From Waddliaceae bacterium (GTDB taxonomy: Bacteria > Chlamydiota > Chlamydiia > Chlamydiales > SLFE01): DNA of 64,000 nt. Below, piece by piece: positions 1 through 10,070 of the stretch. Numbering within the stretch: position 1 is the stretch's first letter; the number at the start of each line of letters is the position of its first letter. Where the stretch lies: assembly GCA_963771045.1 (NCBI GenBank), contig CAVYRW010000004.1:288001-352000 (forward strand). The letters are read 5' to 3'. A model generated the notes under the pieces. It did no database searches. It was not told the DNA's origin and worked only from the letters and a program-made list of their open reading frames with translations. The position numbers and the translations under genes are program-made.

Positions 1-121
1 TGCTGTAACATGCGCTATGTCCATAAGTATCTACCTTGGCCGTTTTTGTGTGTGTATAAAGATAAGCATCGGTTTTTTTACAAGAGCATGTATTGGGTGT
101 TTCAAGAGAGCATATCAACAT
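1..121 (-). CDS. 5' part of a hypothetical protein running off the window (MLICSLETPNTCSCKK...)
   Basis: ATG at 121 on the minus strand preceded by AGGAGG; frame open to position 1. Confidence 0.45.
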   Translation of the reverse strand, partial: MLICSLETPNTCSCKKTDAYLYTHTKTAKVDTYGHSACYS

Positions 122-176
122 CCTAATCCTCCTTTTTAAGTGCCACAATTCCATAATAAACAATATAAAGCAAGTT

Positions 177-1181
177 TCAGAGAAATTTTTTAAGGTCTTC
201 CCCTGACCATGTGTCGGGATTGTTGTCCGACCCATAGGAGAACTTTTTAGGAACGGGCTTCCCTTTGTATCTTTGGCGGGCAACCCGTTCTTCCAAAGTG
301 CGGTCGTGGACAGGGGGCAGCAGTGTGAAGTGGCCGCTGTGTTCAAAGGTAAAATCGGCTTCTTCAGAGCTGATTAAAAGTTCATGGAGTTTTTCACCCT
401 CGCGAATTCCGATCACTTCGGTTTTGATTTCTGGAGAGAGGGCCTTTACAAGGTCGATGGTTTTTGCGCTGGCAATTTTCGGGACGAAAATTTCCTCCCC
501 CCGCATGATGTCTTGGCAGCGGGACACAAAACCCACCGCATCTTCCAGAGGAATCCAAAAACGGGTCATCTCCGGGTCGGTGATGGGCAGGGACTTGGCC
601 CCGTTTTGAATCATCTTCTTCCATAAGGGGATAATGCTTCCGCGGCTTCCCAAAACATTTCCGTAGCGAACAACGCTGAATTTTGGCATTTGCTGATCGC
701 CGACATAAGCGTTTGCCGCAATCATCAATTTATCCGAACAGAGCTTGGTGGCGCCGTAAAGATTGACAGGGTTGACCGATTTATCGGTCGACAAGGCAAT
801 AACCTTTTCAACTTTCCGGTCAATGGCCGCTTCAATGATGTGCATAGCCCCCATGATATTTGTCTGAATGAACTCCGAGGGATTGTATTCGGCCGCCGGC
901 ACCTGCTTAAGCGCTGCTGCGTGTATGACAATGTCAACGTCGCGGAAGGCAAGCTTCAGGCGTTTAAAGTCCCTTATACTGCCCAAAAAATAACGGATTT
1001 TTTTGTGGTTGAAAATGGAATCGGCCTGTTTCATTTCCCACTGTTTCCACTCGTCTCTGCTGAATATGATCACTTTGGAGCAGTCGTCTTCTTCTAGCAG
1101 TTTTTTGGCCATAGCCTTGCCGAAAGTTCCGGTTCCTCCGGTTATCAGCACAGATTTGCTTTTGAACGGCGAGTTTCCCAT
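177..1181 (-). CDS. pseB: UDP-N-acetylglucosamine 4,6-dehydratase (inverting), PseB/FlaA1 family
   Basis: TGGTGTFG Rossmann motif, FSRDEWKQ, HAAALKQVP, STDK, YGATK, RYGNVLGSRGS, GIREGEKLHE; start placed at MGNSPF. Confidence 0.9.
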   Translation of the reverse strand: MGNSPFKSKSVLITGGTGTFGKAMAKKLLEEDDCSKVIIFSRDEWKQWEMKQADSIFNHKKIRYFLGSIRDFKRLKLAFRDVDIVIHAAALKQVPAAEYNPSEFIQTNIMGAMHIIEAAIDRKVEKVIALSTDKSVNPVNLYGATKLCSDKLMIAANAYVGDQQMPKFSVVRYGNVLGSRGSIIPLWKKMIQNGAKSLPITDPEMTRFWIPLEDAVGFVSRCQDIMRGEEIFVPKIASAKTIDLVKALSPEIKTEVIGIREGEKLHELLISSEEADFTFEHSGHFTLLPPVHDRTLEERVARQRYKGKPVPKKFSYGSDNNPDTWSGEDLKKFL

Positions 1182-1209
1182 ATCCCATAAGATACATGAG
1201 TGAGTTATT

Positions 1210-1653
1210 TTAGTCTTGACTGATGGGGGCAATGGATTGTTTTAGCTCGTCCCAGCCTCGGCCAATAAGTTCTATCAACTCTTTGAGATCTTCCGAATCC
1301 CACTGATCCTCAAGGTTATAAAGGGGAGAGTGTTCGGTGTGGAGGGTTTCGGCCCTGTCGGCAAGTTGATTGATCAGAGATGACATATCCTCTTTTGAGT
1401 GGGATTGTTTGAAGGCTTTAAGAGATTGGGCGATCGAGTCCTGAGTGTCTGAAAAGATTTTTTTGATGTGCTCTTTGGACTGTTTGCCTTGCTCGGCAGA
1501 TTTAAGTTCAGCGCCGATGCGGTTTCTTGTATTGACGACCTCGCTCCAGAGGCGCGCGCGCATAATATCGACATCTGAGGACAAGCGGGTTAGCTTTTTC
1601 CCTTGATTTTTTAGGTTTTTATCACTAAAATCTTTGTTAGCATGGAGTTCCAT
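1210..1653 (-). CDS. hypothetical helical protein
   Basis: ORF with GGAG RBS before MELHAN; divergent from parE. Confidence 0.6.
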   Translation of the reverse strand: MELHANKDFSDKNLKNQGKKLTRLSSDVDIMRARLWSEVVNTRNRIGAELKSAEQGKQSKEHIKKIFSDTQDSIAQSLKAFKQSHSKEDMSSLINQLADRAETLHTEHSPLYNLEDQWDSEDLKELIELIGRGWDELKQSIAPISQD

Positions 1654-1693
1654 ATTCACTCCTTTATTACTATTATAATAAACCCTGTCAATT

Positions 1694-3511
1694 ATGGCCA
1701 AAAAGTACGACGAATCGGCAGTTCAAACCCTTGATGCTCTTGAACATATAAGGCTTCGCTCCGGCATGTATATCGGCCGTCTGGGCGACGGCTCCCATCA
1801 GGATGACGGAATTTATGTCATGCTGAAGGAAATCATCGACAACAGCGTCGACGAATACATCATGAATCACGGCAAGAAGGTCGAGGTTGCCATCGATTAT
1901 AAAGAGGGCAAGGTCTCGGTAAGGGACTATGGGAGGGGGATTCCCCTTGGAAAAGCGATCGAGTGCGTCAGTCAGATCAATACCGGCGCCAAATACAATG
2001 ACGACGTTTTCCAGTTTTCCGTCGGTTTAAACGGAGTGGGAACCAAAGCCGTAAATGCCCTCTCCGAGAAATTCATTCTGAAAAGTTTTCGCGACGGAAA
2101 AATGATCGAAGCGGAGTTCAGCAGGGGAAAGTTGAAAAAGCAGAAGAAGAGCGGGACGAAAGAAAAAAACGGAACTTATATTGAGTTTATCCCCGATTCG
2201 GAGATTTTTAAAAAAGTTTGTTTTGAAGAAGAATTTGTTCATAAGCGGCTCTGGAACTACGCTTACCTGAACAAAGGACTTGCCCTCAAGCACAATGGGA
2301 GCACCTTTATCTCCGAAAACGGACTCCTGGATCTTTTGAATTCCGAGGTGGGCGAGGACGACAAACTTTACGAGCCGCTTCACTACGCCGGGGCGCTTCT
2401 GGAATTCGCGTTTCTTCATACGCAAAGCTACGGAGAGACCTACTTCTCCTATGTCAACGGGCAGTATACATCCGACGGGGGCACGCACCTGTCGGCTTTT
2501 CGCGAGGGCATCCTGAAGGGAGTCAATGCCTATGCGAAAAAGAATTTCCAGGGTGTCGATGTTCGGGAAGGGATTGTAGGAACGGTTCTCGTGAAGCTCA
2601 AAGATCCGATTTTCGAGTCGCAAACAAAAAATAAATTGGGCAATACCGAAATCCGAAGCGATATCGTCCAGGAAGTGAAAGAAGCGGTTGCCAACCTGCT
2701 CTATAAGCATCCGGAATCGGCAAAAAAACTGATTGAACGGATCGCTTTTAACGAAAAGCTCCGCCGGGAGCTTTCCGCCGTCAAGAAGGAAGCTAAAGAA
2801 AAGCAAAAGAAAATTTCCTTCAAAATTCCCAAACTGCGAGACAGCAAATATCACTTTAATGACAAGTCGAAGTTCAGCGGGCAAACGATGATTTTCTTGA
2901 CAGAGGGGGATTCGGCGAGCGCCTCCATCGTCGCTGCAAGAGACCCCATGACCCAGGCGGTGTTTTCCCTAAGGGGAAAACCTCTCAATGTCTTCGGAAT
3001 GAAAATGGATCAGCTCTATAAAAATGAAGAGATGTTCAATCTTATGAGCGCGTTAAATATCGAAGACGACCTGGAAAATTTACGCTACAACAAAGTGGTG
3101 CTTGCCACGGACGCCGATGTTGACGGTATGCACATACGCAATCTTCTGATGACCTTTTTTCTCACTTATTTTGAAAGCCTTGTTTTAAATGGTCATCTCT
3201 ATATTTTTGAAACCCCGCTTTTTAAGGTGCGAAACAAAAAAGAAACACTCTATTGCTACACAGAAAAAGAGAAAGAAAAAGCAGTGCAAAAACTGGGAAG
3301 AGGGGTGGAAGTGACCAGGTTCAAAGGACTTGGCGAAATCTCGCCTGGAGAATTCAAACAGTTTCTTGGACCCGGCATGCGGATTAGTCCTGTCACTGTG
3401 AACCATTTTTCCGATATCAAACCTACACTGCAGTTTTATATGGGAAAAAATACTCCCGAACGAAAACAATTTATTATGAACAATCTGATCCATGAACAAG
3501 AAGAACTCTGA
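1694..3511 (+). CDS. parE: DNA topoisomerase IV subunit B (chlamydial gyrB2 type)
   Basis: EHIRLRSGMYIG, EIIDNSVDE, GLNGVGTKAVN GHKL ATPase; TEGDSA, LRGKPLN, TDADVDG TOPRIM; RFKGLGEI. Confidence 0.93.
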   Translation: MAKKYDESAVQTLDALEHIRLRSGMYIGRLGDGSHQDDGIYVMLKEIIDNSVDEYIMNHGKKVEVAIDYKEGKVSVRDYGRGIPLGKAIECVSQINTGAKYNDDVFQFSVGLNGVGTKAVNALSEKFILKSFRDGKMIEAEFSRGKLKKQKKSGTKEKNGTYIEFIPDSEIFKKVCFEEEFVHKRLWNYAYLNKGLALKHNGSTFISENGLLDLLNSEVGEDDKLYEPLHYAGALLEFAFLHTQSYGETYFSYVNGQYTSDGGTHLSAFREGILKGVNAYAKKNFQGVDVREGIVGTVLVKLKDPIFESQTKNKLGNTEIRSDIVQEVKEAVANLLYKHPESAKKLIERIAFNEKLRRELSAVKKEAKEKQKKISFKIPKLRDSKYHFNDKSKFSGQTMIFLTEGDSASASIVAARDPMTQAVFSLRGKPLNVFGMKMDQLYKNEEMFNLMSALNIEDDLENLRYNKVVLATDADVDGMHIRNLLMTFFLTYFESLVLNGHLYIFETPLFKVRNKKETLYCYTEKEKEKAVQKLGRGVEVTRFKGLGEISPGEFKQFLGPGMRISPVTVNHFSDIKPTLQFYMGKNTPERKQFIMNNLIHEQEEL

Positions 3512-5441
3512 TTTAAAATACCTGATGGAGGATCACTATGTGCGCTATGCGTCTTATGTGATTCTCGATCGCGCGATTCCCGATATCATCGACGGCTTAA
3601 AACCGGTGCAAAGGCGTATTCTTCATACATTATGGACGATGAATGACGGCAGGTTTCACAAAGTAGCCAATGCTGTGGGACAGACGATGGCCTTCCATCC
3701 TCATGGCGACGCCCCCATTACCGACGCTCTTGTCCATCTCGCGAATAAAGGGTATCTTCTCGATGAGCAGGGGAACTTCGGAAACATCTATACGGGAGAT
3801 CCCGCCGCCGCTTCCCGATATATCGAAACACGCCTGTCTGCTCTTGCCCTGGAGACCATGTTCAATCCGGAGCTGACGGAAATGATTCCCTCTTATGACG
3901 GTCGGAAAAAAGAGCCTGTGTCGCTGCCGGCGAAAATACCTCTTCTTTTAATGCAGGGGGCAGAGGGCATTGCAGTCGGGATGTCGACACGCATCCTCCC
4001 GCATAATTTTACCGAGCTTTTGGAAGCCGAGATCGCGATTTTAGAAGGAGAAGAGCATACCATTTTCCCCGATTTTCCGACCGGCGGCATTATGGACGCC
4101 TCGGACTATAATAAAGGAAAGGGGAAAATCAAACTCAGGGCGAAAATTGAAGTTCGCGATCCCAAAACGCTTGTCATCACCGAGATTTGCCATGGTACGA
4201 CTACCGAATCTCTGATTCGTTCGATTGATGAGGCGGCCAAGAGGGGAAAGATCAAAATCGATTCCATCAACGACTATACGGCAGAACATGTCGAGATTGA
4301 AATCAAACTTCCGAGAGGCCAGTACGCAAAAGAACTTATCGACGCGCTGTATGCCTTTACCGATTGCCAAGTGTCGCTGAGCTCTCAAATGACTGTCATC
4401 AAAGAGGGCTTTCCCATCGAGACCGATGTTCATGAAATTCTCGCTTGCAACGCGGGCCAGTTGAAAGTGGTTTTGAAGCGGGAGCTGGAGATTGAACGGG
4501 ACAAATTGAAGGAAAAAATATTTGAAAAAACTCTTGAGCGGATCTTCATTGAAAATCGTATGTATAAGCTGATCGAAGAGCTTAAATCCTATGAGAAGAT
4601 CCACGACGCTATTGAAAATGCTTTGAAGCCTTATCATAAAAAACTCAGCCGCATCCCCGAATACGAGGATAGAGAGCGTTTGCTGTCGATTCCCATTAGA
4701 CGAATTTCCCGATATGATTTTGAAAGGAATCAAGATGATATCAAAGCTTGCGAAGAGCAGCTCGAGAAAGTCGAAAAGGATTTGAAGCGGATCAAGCAGG
4801 TTGCTGTCCGCTATATCAAAGAGCTGATCAAAAAATTCGGCAAAGATTTTCCTCGAAAAACGCTTTTAGGGGAAATCGAGTCGCTCGATCGAAAAGCCAT
4901 CGAGACCGTCAATCTCACCGTGGGCTACGATCCCAAACAGGGATTTTTAGGAACCAAAGTGAAAACGGAAAATACTTTTGAATGTACCAATTTCGACAAA
5001 ATCCTGGTGATTTTTGACGACGGAACTTACAAAGTAATCAATGTTCCTGAAAAACAGTTCATGCATACCGGCAGCAAGAAAGCGGCCTATGTCGGCATTG
5101 CCGATAAGAAAACTGTATTCAATGCCGTCTACAGCGATCAGAAGAAGGTGTGCTTTGCCAAGCGCTTTGTCGTGAAAAAATTTATCCTGGATAAGGAGTA
5201 CTGTTTATTCGACACCGGCTCCCATCTCGAATACCTCTCGACGAATCCAAAAATTGCGCTGACTTTGAAGCTTGTTCCCAAGCCCAAACAAAAAATTTCC
5301 GCAATCGACTTTGATTTTAAGGATGTCATGATCAAAGGTGTTTCTGCAAAAGGGATCCGCATGACTCCAAGACCTGTAAAAAAGGTGGTCTCTCAGGACA
5401 AAAAATCGCTAAAAGAAGACTCGCAACTCCATCTTTTCTAA
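3492..5441 (+). CDS. parC: DNA topoisomerase IV subunit A (chlamydial gyrA2 type)
   Basis: RAIPDIIDGLKPVQRR, FHPHGD, AASRYIE catalytic Tyr; overlaps parE. Confidence 0.92.
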   Translation: MNKKNSDLKYLMEDHYVRYASYVILDRAIPDIIDGLKPVQRRILHTLWTMNDGRFHKVANAVGQTMAFHPHGDAPITDALVHLANKGYLLDEQGNFGNIYTGDPAAASRYIETRLSALALETMFNPELTEMIPSYDGRKKEPVSLPAKIPLLLMQGAEGIAVGMSTRILPHNFTELLEAEIAILEGEEHTIFPDFPTGGIMDASDYNKGKGKIKLRAKIEVRDPKTLVITEICHGTTTESLIRSIDEAAKRGKIKIDSINDYTAEHVEIEIKLPRGQYAKELIDALYAFTDCQVSLSSQMTVIKEGFPIETDVHEILACNAGQLKVVLKRELEIERDKLKEKIFEKTLERIFIENRMYKLIEELKSYEKIHDAIENALKPYHKKLSRIPEYEDRERLLSIPIRRISRYDFERNQDDIKACEEQLEKVEKDLKRIKQVAVRYIKELIKKFGKDFPRKTLLGEIESLDRKAIETVNLTVGYDPKQGFLGTKVKTENTFECTNFDKILVIFDDGTYKVINVPEKQFMHTGSKKAAYVGIADKKTVFNAVYSDQKKVCFAKRFVVKKFILDKEYCLFDTGSHLEYLSTNPKIALTLKLVPKPKQKISAIDFDFKDVMIKGVSAKGIRMTPRPVKKVVSQDKKSLKEDSQLHLF

Positions 5442-5443
5442 TT

Positions 5444-5902
5444 ATGAACGAAGATGCCCGGAAGGCGCTTTGCAGCGCATTGAAAATGCTTTCGATCAAA
5501 TCCAGGCACTCTTCCGAAATTGAAGGCAAGCTTGTGGAGCTTGGCTATGATGAATCCGTCATTCAGACTGTGATTCAAGAGCTTGCCAAGCTTGGATATA
5601 TCGATGATAAAGATTGGATTGAGTGTTTTGTCAGGAGCCAAACGGCCAAAAAATTCGGCCGCCACGCCATTTTGCAAAAGCTTTTCCTAAAAGGGATTCC
5701 CAAAGAGCAGATCCTTCCCGTTGTTGATAAGCATCAATCGGAAGAGCAACAAAAAGAGCTCATAGCATCGCTTTTAAGAACCCGCTACCATTTGAAGGAT
5801 TTGGACGATTTTAGGCAAAAGCAGCAGGTGGCCGCAGGCCTTGCCCGCAGGGGTTTTAGCTTTTCTTTGATCCAGCAAGTCCTTAGCAACGGGAAATGCT
5901 AA
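5444..5902 (+). CDS. recX: regulatory protein RecX
   Basis: LSIKSRHSSEIEGKL, GYIDD, G..AILQKLFLKGI, LARRGFS pattern. Confidence 0.85.
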   Translation: MNEDARKALCSALKMLSIKSRHSSEIEGKLVELGYDESVIQTVIQELAKLGYIDDKDWIECFVRSQTAKKFGRHAILQKLFLKGIPKEQILPVVDKHQSEEQQKELIASLLRTRYHLKDLDDFRQKQQVAAGLARRGFSFSLIQQVLSNGKC

Positions 5903-5926
5903 AATTTTGGGGGCTTAGAGCTTATC

Positions 5927-5955
5927 TTGTGAAACTATAAAGGATTTGGTATAAT
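5927..5955 (+). promoter_or_regulatory. sigma66/sigma70-type promoter
   Basis: TTGTGA-17 nt-TATAAT, 47 bp upstream of the ATG at 6003. Confidence 0.65.
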
Positions 5956-6002
5956 ATTAATATAAAGAGATAATTTAGTTTAATTTAATAGAGGTTCTAA
6001 TT

Positions 6003-6266
6003 ATGGCTCAAGCAGAACCCGCTCCAAATGTGGAGCAGACTCAGCAGGCGGCAGAAGCTGGCTCGGCAAGTCAAAGCAAAGGGCAGGCAGAAGGTAATTT
6101 TTCAGCGGCAACAACAGTGAGCTCGGTAGGAGAGCTGAGGTCCAAAGCTCCTGAGTTTTGGAAAGCTTTTCAAGAGGGCATTGCGCTGAATATTATCCGA
6201 GAACAGCAAAAACACAACGTACGAATGAAAGAACTTAACAGAAAAGGCCGGGAACAATCCAAATGA
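6003..6266 (+). CDS. small hypothetical protein, candidate type III secretion substrate
   Basis: 87 aa, Ala/Gln/Ser-rich N-terminus, helical C-terminus; GAGG RBS and promoter upstream. Confidence 0.7.
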   Translation: MAQAEPAPNVEQTQQAAEAGSASQSKGQAEGNFSAATTVSSVGELRSKAPEFWKAFQEGIALNIIREQQKHNVRMKELNRKGREQSK

Positions 6267-6565
6267 TGCCTCAAGTCGAGCTTTTTATCGGTTTTAAAAT
6301 CACTGAAGAGTTTGCTCTTAAACTGATTCAAATTCCCGCAGGCATGCGGGATTTGTATATCCAGAAAAATCCCAATTATTTAACGGAAATCCAGTTTGAG
6401 AATGTCCATTTTCTGGGAAAAAAATGCGGTGAATTGATGGATATCGACTCCTTGGAGCTTGCGGAAAAAAATATCTACAGCCTTCTTGGCAAGCTCATCC
6501 CAGGATACCCTTATGACCAAAACCCTTTAACTATTTTTTCCGTTTCATGTCAGTCATTATCGTAA
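6263..6565 (+). CDS. hypothetical protein
   Basis: 100-aa ORF overlapping both neighbours, operon-like. Confidence 0.65.
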   Translation: MMPQVELFIGFKITEEFALKLIQIPAGMRDLYIQKNPNYLTEIQFENVHFLGKKCGELMDIDSLELAEKNIYSLLGKLIPGYPYDQNPLTIFSVSCQSLS

Positions 6566-7455
6566 CTTTTCAGGAGGAGGGGGAGCGTCTGGACAAACTT
6601 TTAGCCAAAAGGTTTGAAGACAGGCACTCGCGAGCTTATTTTCAATATCTCATTGAAGAGCATCTGGTCTCGCTCAATGGCCTTCCGGTCAAAAAGCGGG
6701 TCAAACCCAGGGAAGGGGATGAAATTGAAATCCATTTTATGATGACCCCTCAGATCGACGTCAGACCTCAGCCGATCGACCTCGACATTCTCTATGAGGA
6801 CGATGATATCCTTCTTATCAATAAGCCTCCCGGGATGGTTGTCCATCCCGCTCCCGGAAATTGGGAGGGGACTTTTGTCAATGCCCTCCTCTTTCATTGC
6901 AGGGGGCTTGCCGTAAGCCCCGATGATGTGAGGCCGGGGATTGTCCATCGCCTCGATAAAGAGACCTCCGGCGTCCTGATAGCCGCTAAAAATCTTCAAA
7001 GTCAGCAAAATCTAATTGAACAGTTTTCCGGCCGCGATGTTAAAAAGCGTTATTTGGCGGTATGCGTCGGCAAACCGGGGCAGGGGACGATTTCAGCGCC
7101 TATTGGGCGCCACCCTGTCGATCGCAAGAAAATGGCCGTCAGAGGCACAGGAAAACCCGCTGAGAGCCAATACAAGACCCTCGCCTATAATGAACGGCTG
7201 AGCCTGGTAGAGATTATCCCTGTGACCGGCAGGACCCATCAGATTCGGGTTCATATGAAGCACCTGGGATGTCCTGTTTTAGGCGATTCTGTCTATGGCA
7301 GCCCCTCCCTTAACGAGAAACTAAAGGCTAAACGGCAGCTCCTCCACGCTAAAGAGCTGTCTCTTCGCCATCCTGCAGATGGCAAACACTTGACAATCAA
7401 TGCCCCGATACCGCAAGATATGGAGAGATTTATTTCCCAAATTGAAACGGCATGA
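6547..7455 (+). CDS. rluD: RluA/RluD family rRNA pseudouridine synthase
   Basis: S4 domain RLDKLL, NKPPGMVVHP, HRLDKETSG, TGRTHQIRVH. Confidence 0.92.
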   Translation: MSVIIVTFQEEGERLDKLLAKRFEDRHSRAYFQYLIEEHLVSLNGLPVKKRVKPREGDEIEIHFMMTPQIDVRPQPIDLDILYEDDDILLINKPPGMVVHPAPGNWEGTFVNALLFHCRGLAVSPDDVRPGIVHRLDKETSGVLIAAKNLQSQQNLIEQFSGRDVKKRYLAVCVGKPGQGTISAPIGRHPVDRKKMAVRGTGKPAESQYKTLAYNERLSLVEIIPVTGRTHQIRVHMKHLGCPVLGDSVYGSPSLNEKLKAKRQLLHAKELSLRHPADGKHLTINAPIPQDMERFISQIETA

Positions 7456-7889
7456 GACTATTGATACAGAGAGTCGCAGGAGCGAAAGTTGAGGTGGAAG
7501 GAGAAACAGTCGGTCAAATAGACGCCGGCCTGCTTGCTTTTTTGGGAGTTCACAAGGGGGATTCTGCAAAGCAGGTTCCCTGCCTGGCAGGCAAGCTGTG
7601 CAGCCTTCGGATTTTTCGCGATGAAAACGATAAAATGAATTTAAGCGTCAAAGATATTGGAGGACAAATTCTTGTCGTGAGTCAGTTCACTCTTTATGGA
7701 GATTGCAGCCGCGGGCGGCGCCCGTCTTTTGCCCGCGCTCTTGGAGGCGATGAGGCCGGAAAGATTTATGATCGCTTTGTGGACGAAGTCAATAGCGAGA
7801 TGGGGAGTGTCCAAACGGGAGTTTTTGGCGCCGATATGCAAGTCTCCCTCGTTAACGACGGCCCTGTGACCTTTCTCATTGAGATTTAA
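7452..7889 (+). CDS. dtd: D-aminoacyl-tRNA deacylase
   Basis: MRLLIQRV, SQFTL, NDGPVT motifs. Confidence 0.95.
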   Translation: MRLLIQRVAGAKVEVEGETVGQIDAGLLAFLGVHKGDSAKQVPCLAGKLCSLRIFRDENDKMNLSVKDIGGQILVVSQFTLYGDCSRGRRPSFARALGGDEAGKIYDRFVDEVNSEMGSVQTGVFGADMQVSLVNDGPVTFLIEI

Positions 7890-7996
7890 AATTTTTAATG
7901 GATATTTTATTCAAAAATGACTATACCAAGGAAAAGGAAAGAGGTTTTTTTCCTGACTAAACTGAAATCAAACTCAACCTGTATGAGGAACGAAAA

Positions 7997-8248
7997 ATGA
8001 AAGAATTTGTGGCTTATATCGTCAAGAATTTAGTCGACCATCCCGAAAAAGTCAAAATTAACGAAATCGGGGGAACGCAGACACTGATTATTGAGCTTTC
8101 CGTTGAAAAGTCCGACATTGGTAAGATCATCGGAAAAAAGGGAAAAACCATCAATGCCATCCGCACCCTCTTGATGTCGGTTGCCAGCCGCAACGGCATC
8201 AGAGTCAATCTTGAGATAATCGAAGAAGACGGCACACGAGTCGAGTAA
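7997..8248 (+). CDS. khpA: KH-domain RNA-binding protein KhpA
   Basis: DIGKIIGKKGKTINAIR GxxG loop. Confidence 0.9.
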   Translation: MKEFVAYIVKNLVDHPEKVKINEIGGTQTLIIELSVEKSDIGKIIGKKGKTINAIRTLLMSVASRNGIRVNLEIIEEDGTRVE

Positions 8249-8259
8249 ATCAAATCATT

Positions 8260-8292
8260 GGCGTAAAGTTAACTTTACGCCTTTTGTATTTT
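8260..8292 (+). terminator. intrinsic terminator after khpA
   Basis: perfect palindrome GGCGTAAAGTTAACTTTACGCC followed by TTTTGTATTTT. Confidence 0.7.
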
Positions 8293-8376
8293 CCAGAGAA
8301 ATCGGACGTGACTGATCTTACATCGAATGCTCGAATCAATTTATCGATAGAATGAAAAAATCTTTGAACTTGAATC

Positions 8377-8398
8377 GGTGTTGTTGCATAAATCACCA
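8377..8398 (+). repeat. orphan copy of the IS903-like terminal repeat
   Basis: GGTGTTGTTGCATAAATCACCA, 21/22 identical to 54253..54274. Confidence 0.7.
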
Positions 8399-8413
8399 TT
8401 GATTTGAGTCTAA

Positions 8414-8444
8414 ATAATGCAGGCGATGAGATCGCCTGCATTAT
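8414..8444 (-). terminator. hairpin terminator downstream of fadL
   Basis: ATAATGCAGGCGAT-gag-ATCGCCTGCATTAT inverted repeat. Confidence 0.7.
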
Positions 8445-8453
8445 AAATCAACA

Positions 8454-9812
8454 TTAGAAATCCCAGACAGCCTGGGCGCTCACGACATCAACGTATTGAT
8501 CCCATTTTCCTTTAAGCGCTCCTTTAAAGAGGAGTTCTTGATTGTCTGGAAGCAGAGGGTTTGTGTTGAAACCTGTAGTGTCAATTCTTGCGGTACGAGT
8601 AATTATATGCGCATAGCCAATATCAACCCTTAGGCAATTATTCAAGCAATATCCTCCTCCAACTGCTAACCAATACCGGTCTTGGTCAGGAAGTCTGGGA
8701 GTTCTTAACCGTGCATTTGGAGTTGGGCTTTGATCCCAGGCAAAACCGGCTCTTAAGCTTGTGCGCTCGTTATAGAAATAGGTGGCGCCTAAAGCTGCAC
8801 GCCAGCTGTTTTTCCATTTTAAAGTGGTGGTAATTTCCTCAGGTTCTCCTTGGGTTTTGAGTACGAGGGCGGGAAGAAGTTCCCAGTGTGTCCAGGAAAC
8901 GTCTGCCATCACAGCAAAACAGTTGTTTAAATAGTGGAATGCACTCAATGTAACCAAGTCGGGCAAATTAATGATTGCTTCGGCATCGGTGTTTTCAAAT
9001 TGACCTGCTTGACGCAAAAGCGCTGGGACATTAGCATACTCAATTTTGCCGCGTAAATGTTGCCTCACTTGAGAGCGGTAACTCAAGCCCACTCGGGTAC
9101 ACGATGTTATATCCCAAAGAAGACCGACGTTTCCACCCCATCCCCAGCTGTCTCCGGTAAGCTTGGCATTACCGTCTGCGCCTTGCGGAACGCCAATGTT
9201 CGGATTTTGTGTTAATGCAAAGAGAATCGAGCCAAAGTCAACGGCGTTTGTCAGCTTCGCATGAAAATACATGGCGCTAAAGCCGGCTCCAATGCTCAGG
9301 CAATCGTTAATGCGATAGGCAATTGTTGGGTTAATATTGATAGACAAGATCTCAGATTTAAGAGCATAATATCGTCCTACCCAATCACCGTCATATACTG
9401 TCGCAAGTCCAAAGGGCGTGTTCACGCCAATGCCGTAAAAAATGCGATTGTTGCAGTTTGACACGGCATATAGGTTCCCAACAGGGGCAAATTTTCCTGC
9501 ATCGCCGCCATCTCCCCCTCTCATAGGGGTGTTTGGAGACAAATACGGGTACGCCTCTTCGTTGTGGTATTTTGAGGAGGGTATAACGAAGTGGAACCCA
9601 GCAACTCCCTGATTTTCACAGATTTTAGTGATTCCTGCTGGGTTAAAATAAAGAATGGATGCGTCATAGGCAGACGTTCCTGCGCCGGCGTATGCGTTTC
9701 CCATAGCGCTTACGCTCTCTTCAATAAGCGCAAATCCCGATGCGGATGCATGGCTGTAAAGTAGCGCCGATAAAAGAAATCCGATTTTAAATGTCCATTT
9801 TTTAATCGTCAT
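8454..9812 (-). CDS. fadL: OmpP1/FadL family outer-membrane long-chain fatty acid transporter
   Basis: signal peptide ending ASA, then SGFAL; GNAYAG, YFNPAG hatch motif; R..RLPD.DR; C-terminal Phe; AGGAG RBS. Confidence 0.9.
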   Translation of the reverse strand: MTIKKWTFKIGFLLSALLYSHASASGFALIEESVSAMGNAYAGAGTSAYDASILYFNPAGITKICENQGVAGFHFVIPSSKYHNEEAYPYLSPNTPMRGGDGGDAGKFAPVGNLYAVSNCNNRIFYGIGVNTPFGLATVYDGDWVGRYYALKSEILSININPTIAYRINDCLSIGAGFSAMYFHAKLTNAVDFGSILFALTQNPNIGVPQGADGNAKLTGDSWGWGGNVGLLWDITSCTRVGLSYRSQVRQHLRGKIEYANVPALLRQAGQFENTDAEAIINLPDLVTLSAFHYLNNCFAVMADVSWTHWELLPALVLKTQGEPEEITTTLKWKNSWRAALGATYFYNERTSLRAGFAWDQSPTPNARLRTPRLPDQDRYWLAVGGGYCLNNCLRVDIGYAHIITRTARIDTTGFNTNPLLPDNQELLFKGALKGKWDQYVDVVSAQAVWDF

Positions 9813-9997
9813 TTTGGTTTCTCCTAGTTGTGTGAAGTAAAATAAACTTTTATACAAAAAAATATATTTTTTCAACAAAGAAAACGTCTTGAATTGAATT
9901 TTTTTGTTACAGTCTTAAGAGGCAAATAGCAGGCTATGTTCAGAAAAAAATAAAAAAACCGAACGTTCAGATATTACTATAAAAACGTCTGGAAATG

Positions 9998-10070
9998 CGG
10001 ACTGAGCAGGATTCGAACCTGCGACCGTCCGCTTAGAAGGCGGATGCTCTATCCTCTGAGCTATCAGTCC
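9998..10070 (-). tRNA. tRNA-Arg(TCT)
   Basis: acceptor stem GGACTGA/TCAGTCC, anticodon loop CTTCTAA, T-loop GGTTCGAATCC; CCA not fully encoded. Confidence 0.95.

Noticed and set aside
128..146. sigma54 promoter (TGGCAC on the minus strand)
   Set aside because: No GC at the -12 position.
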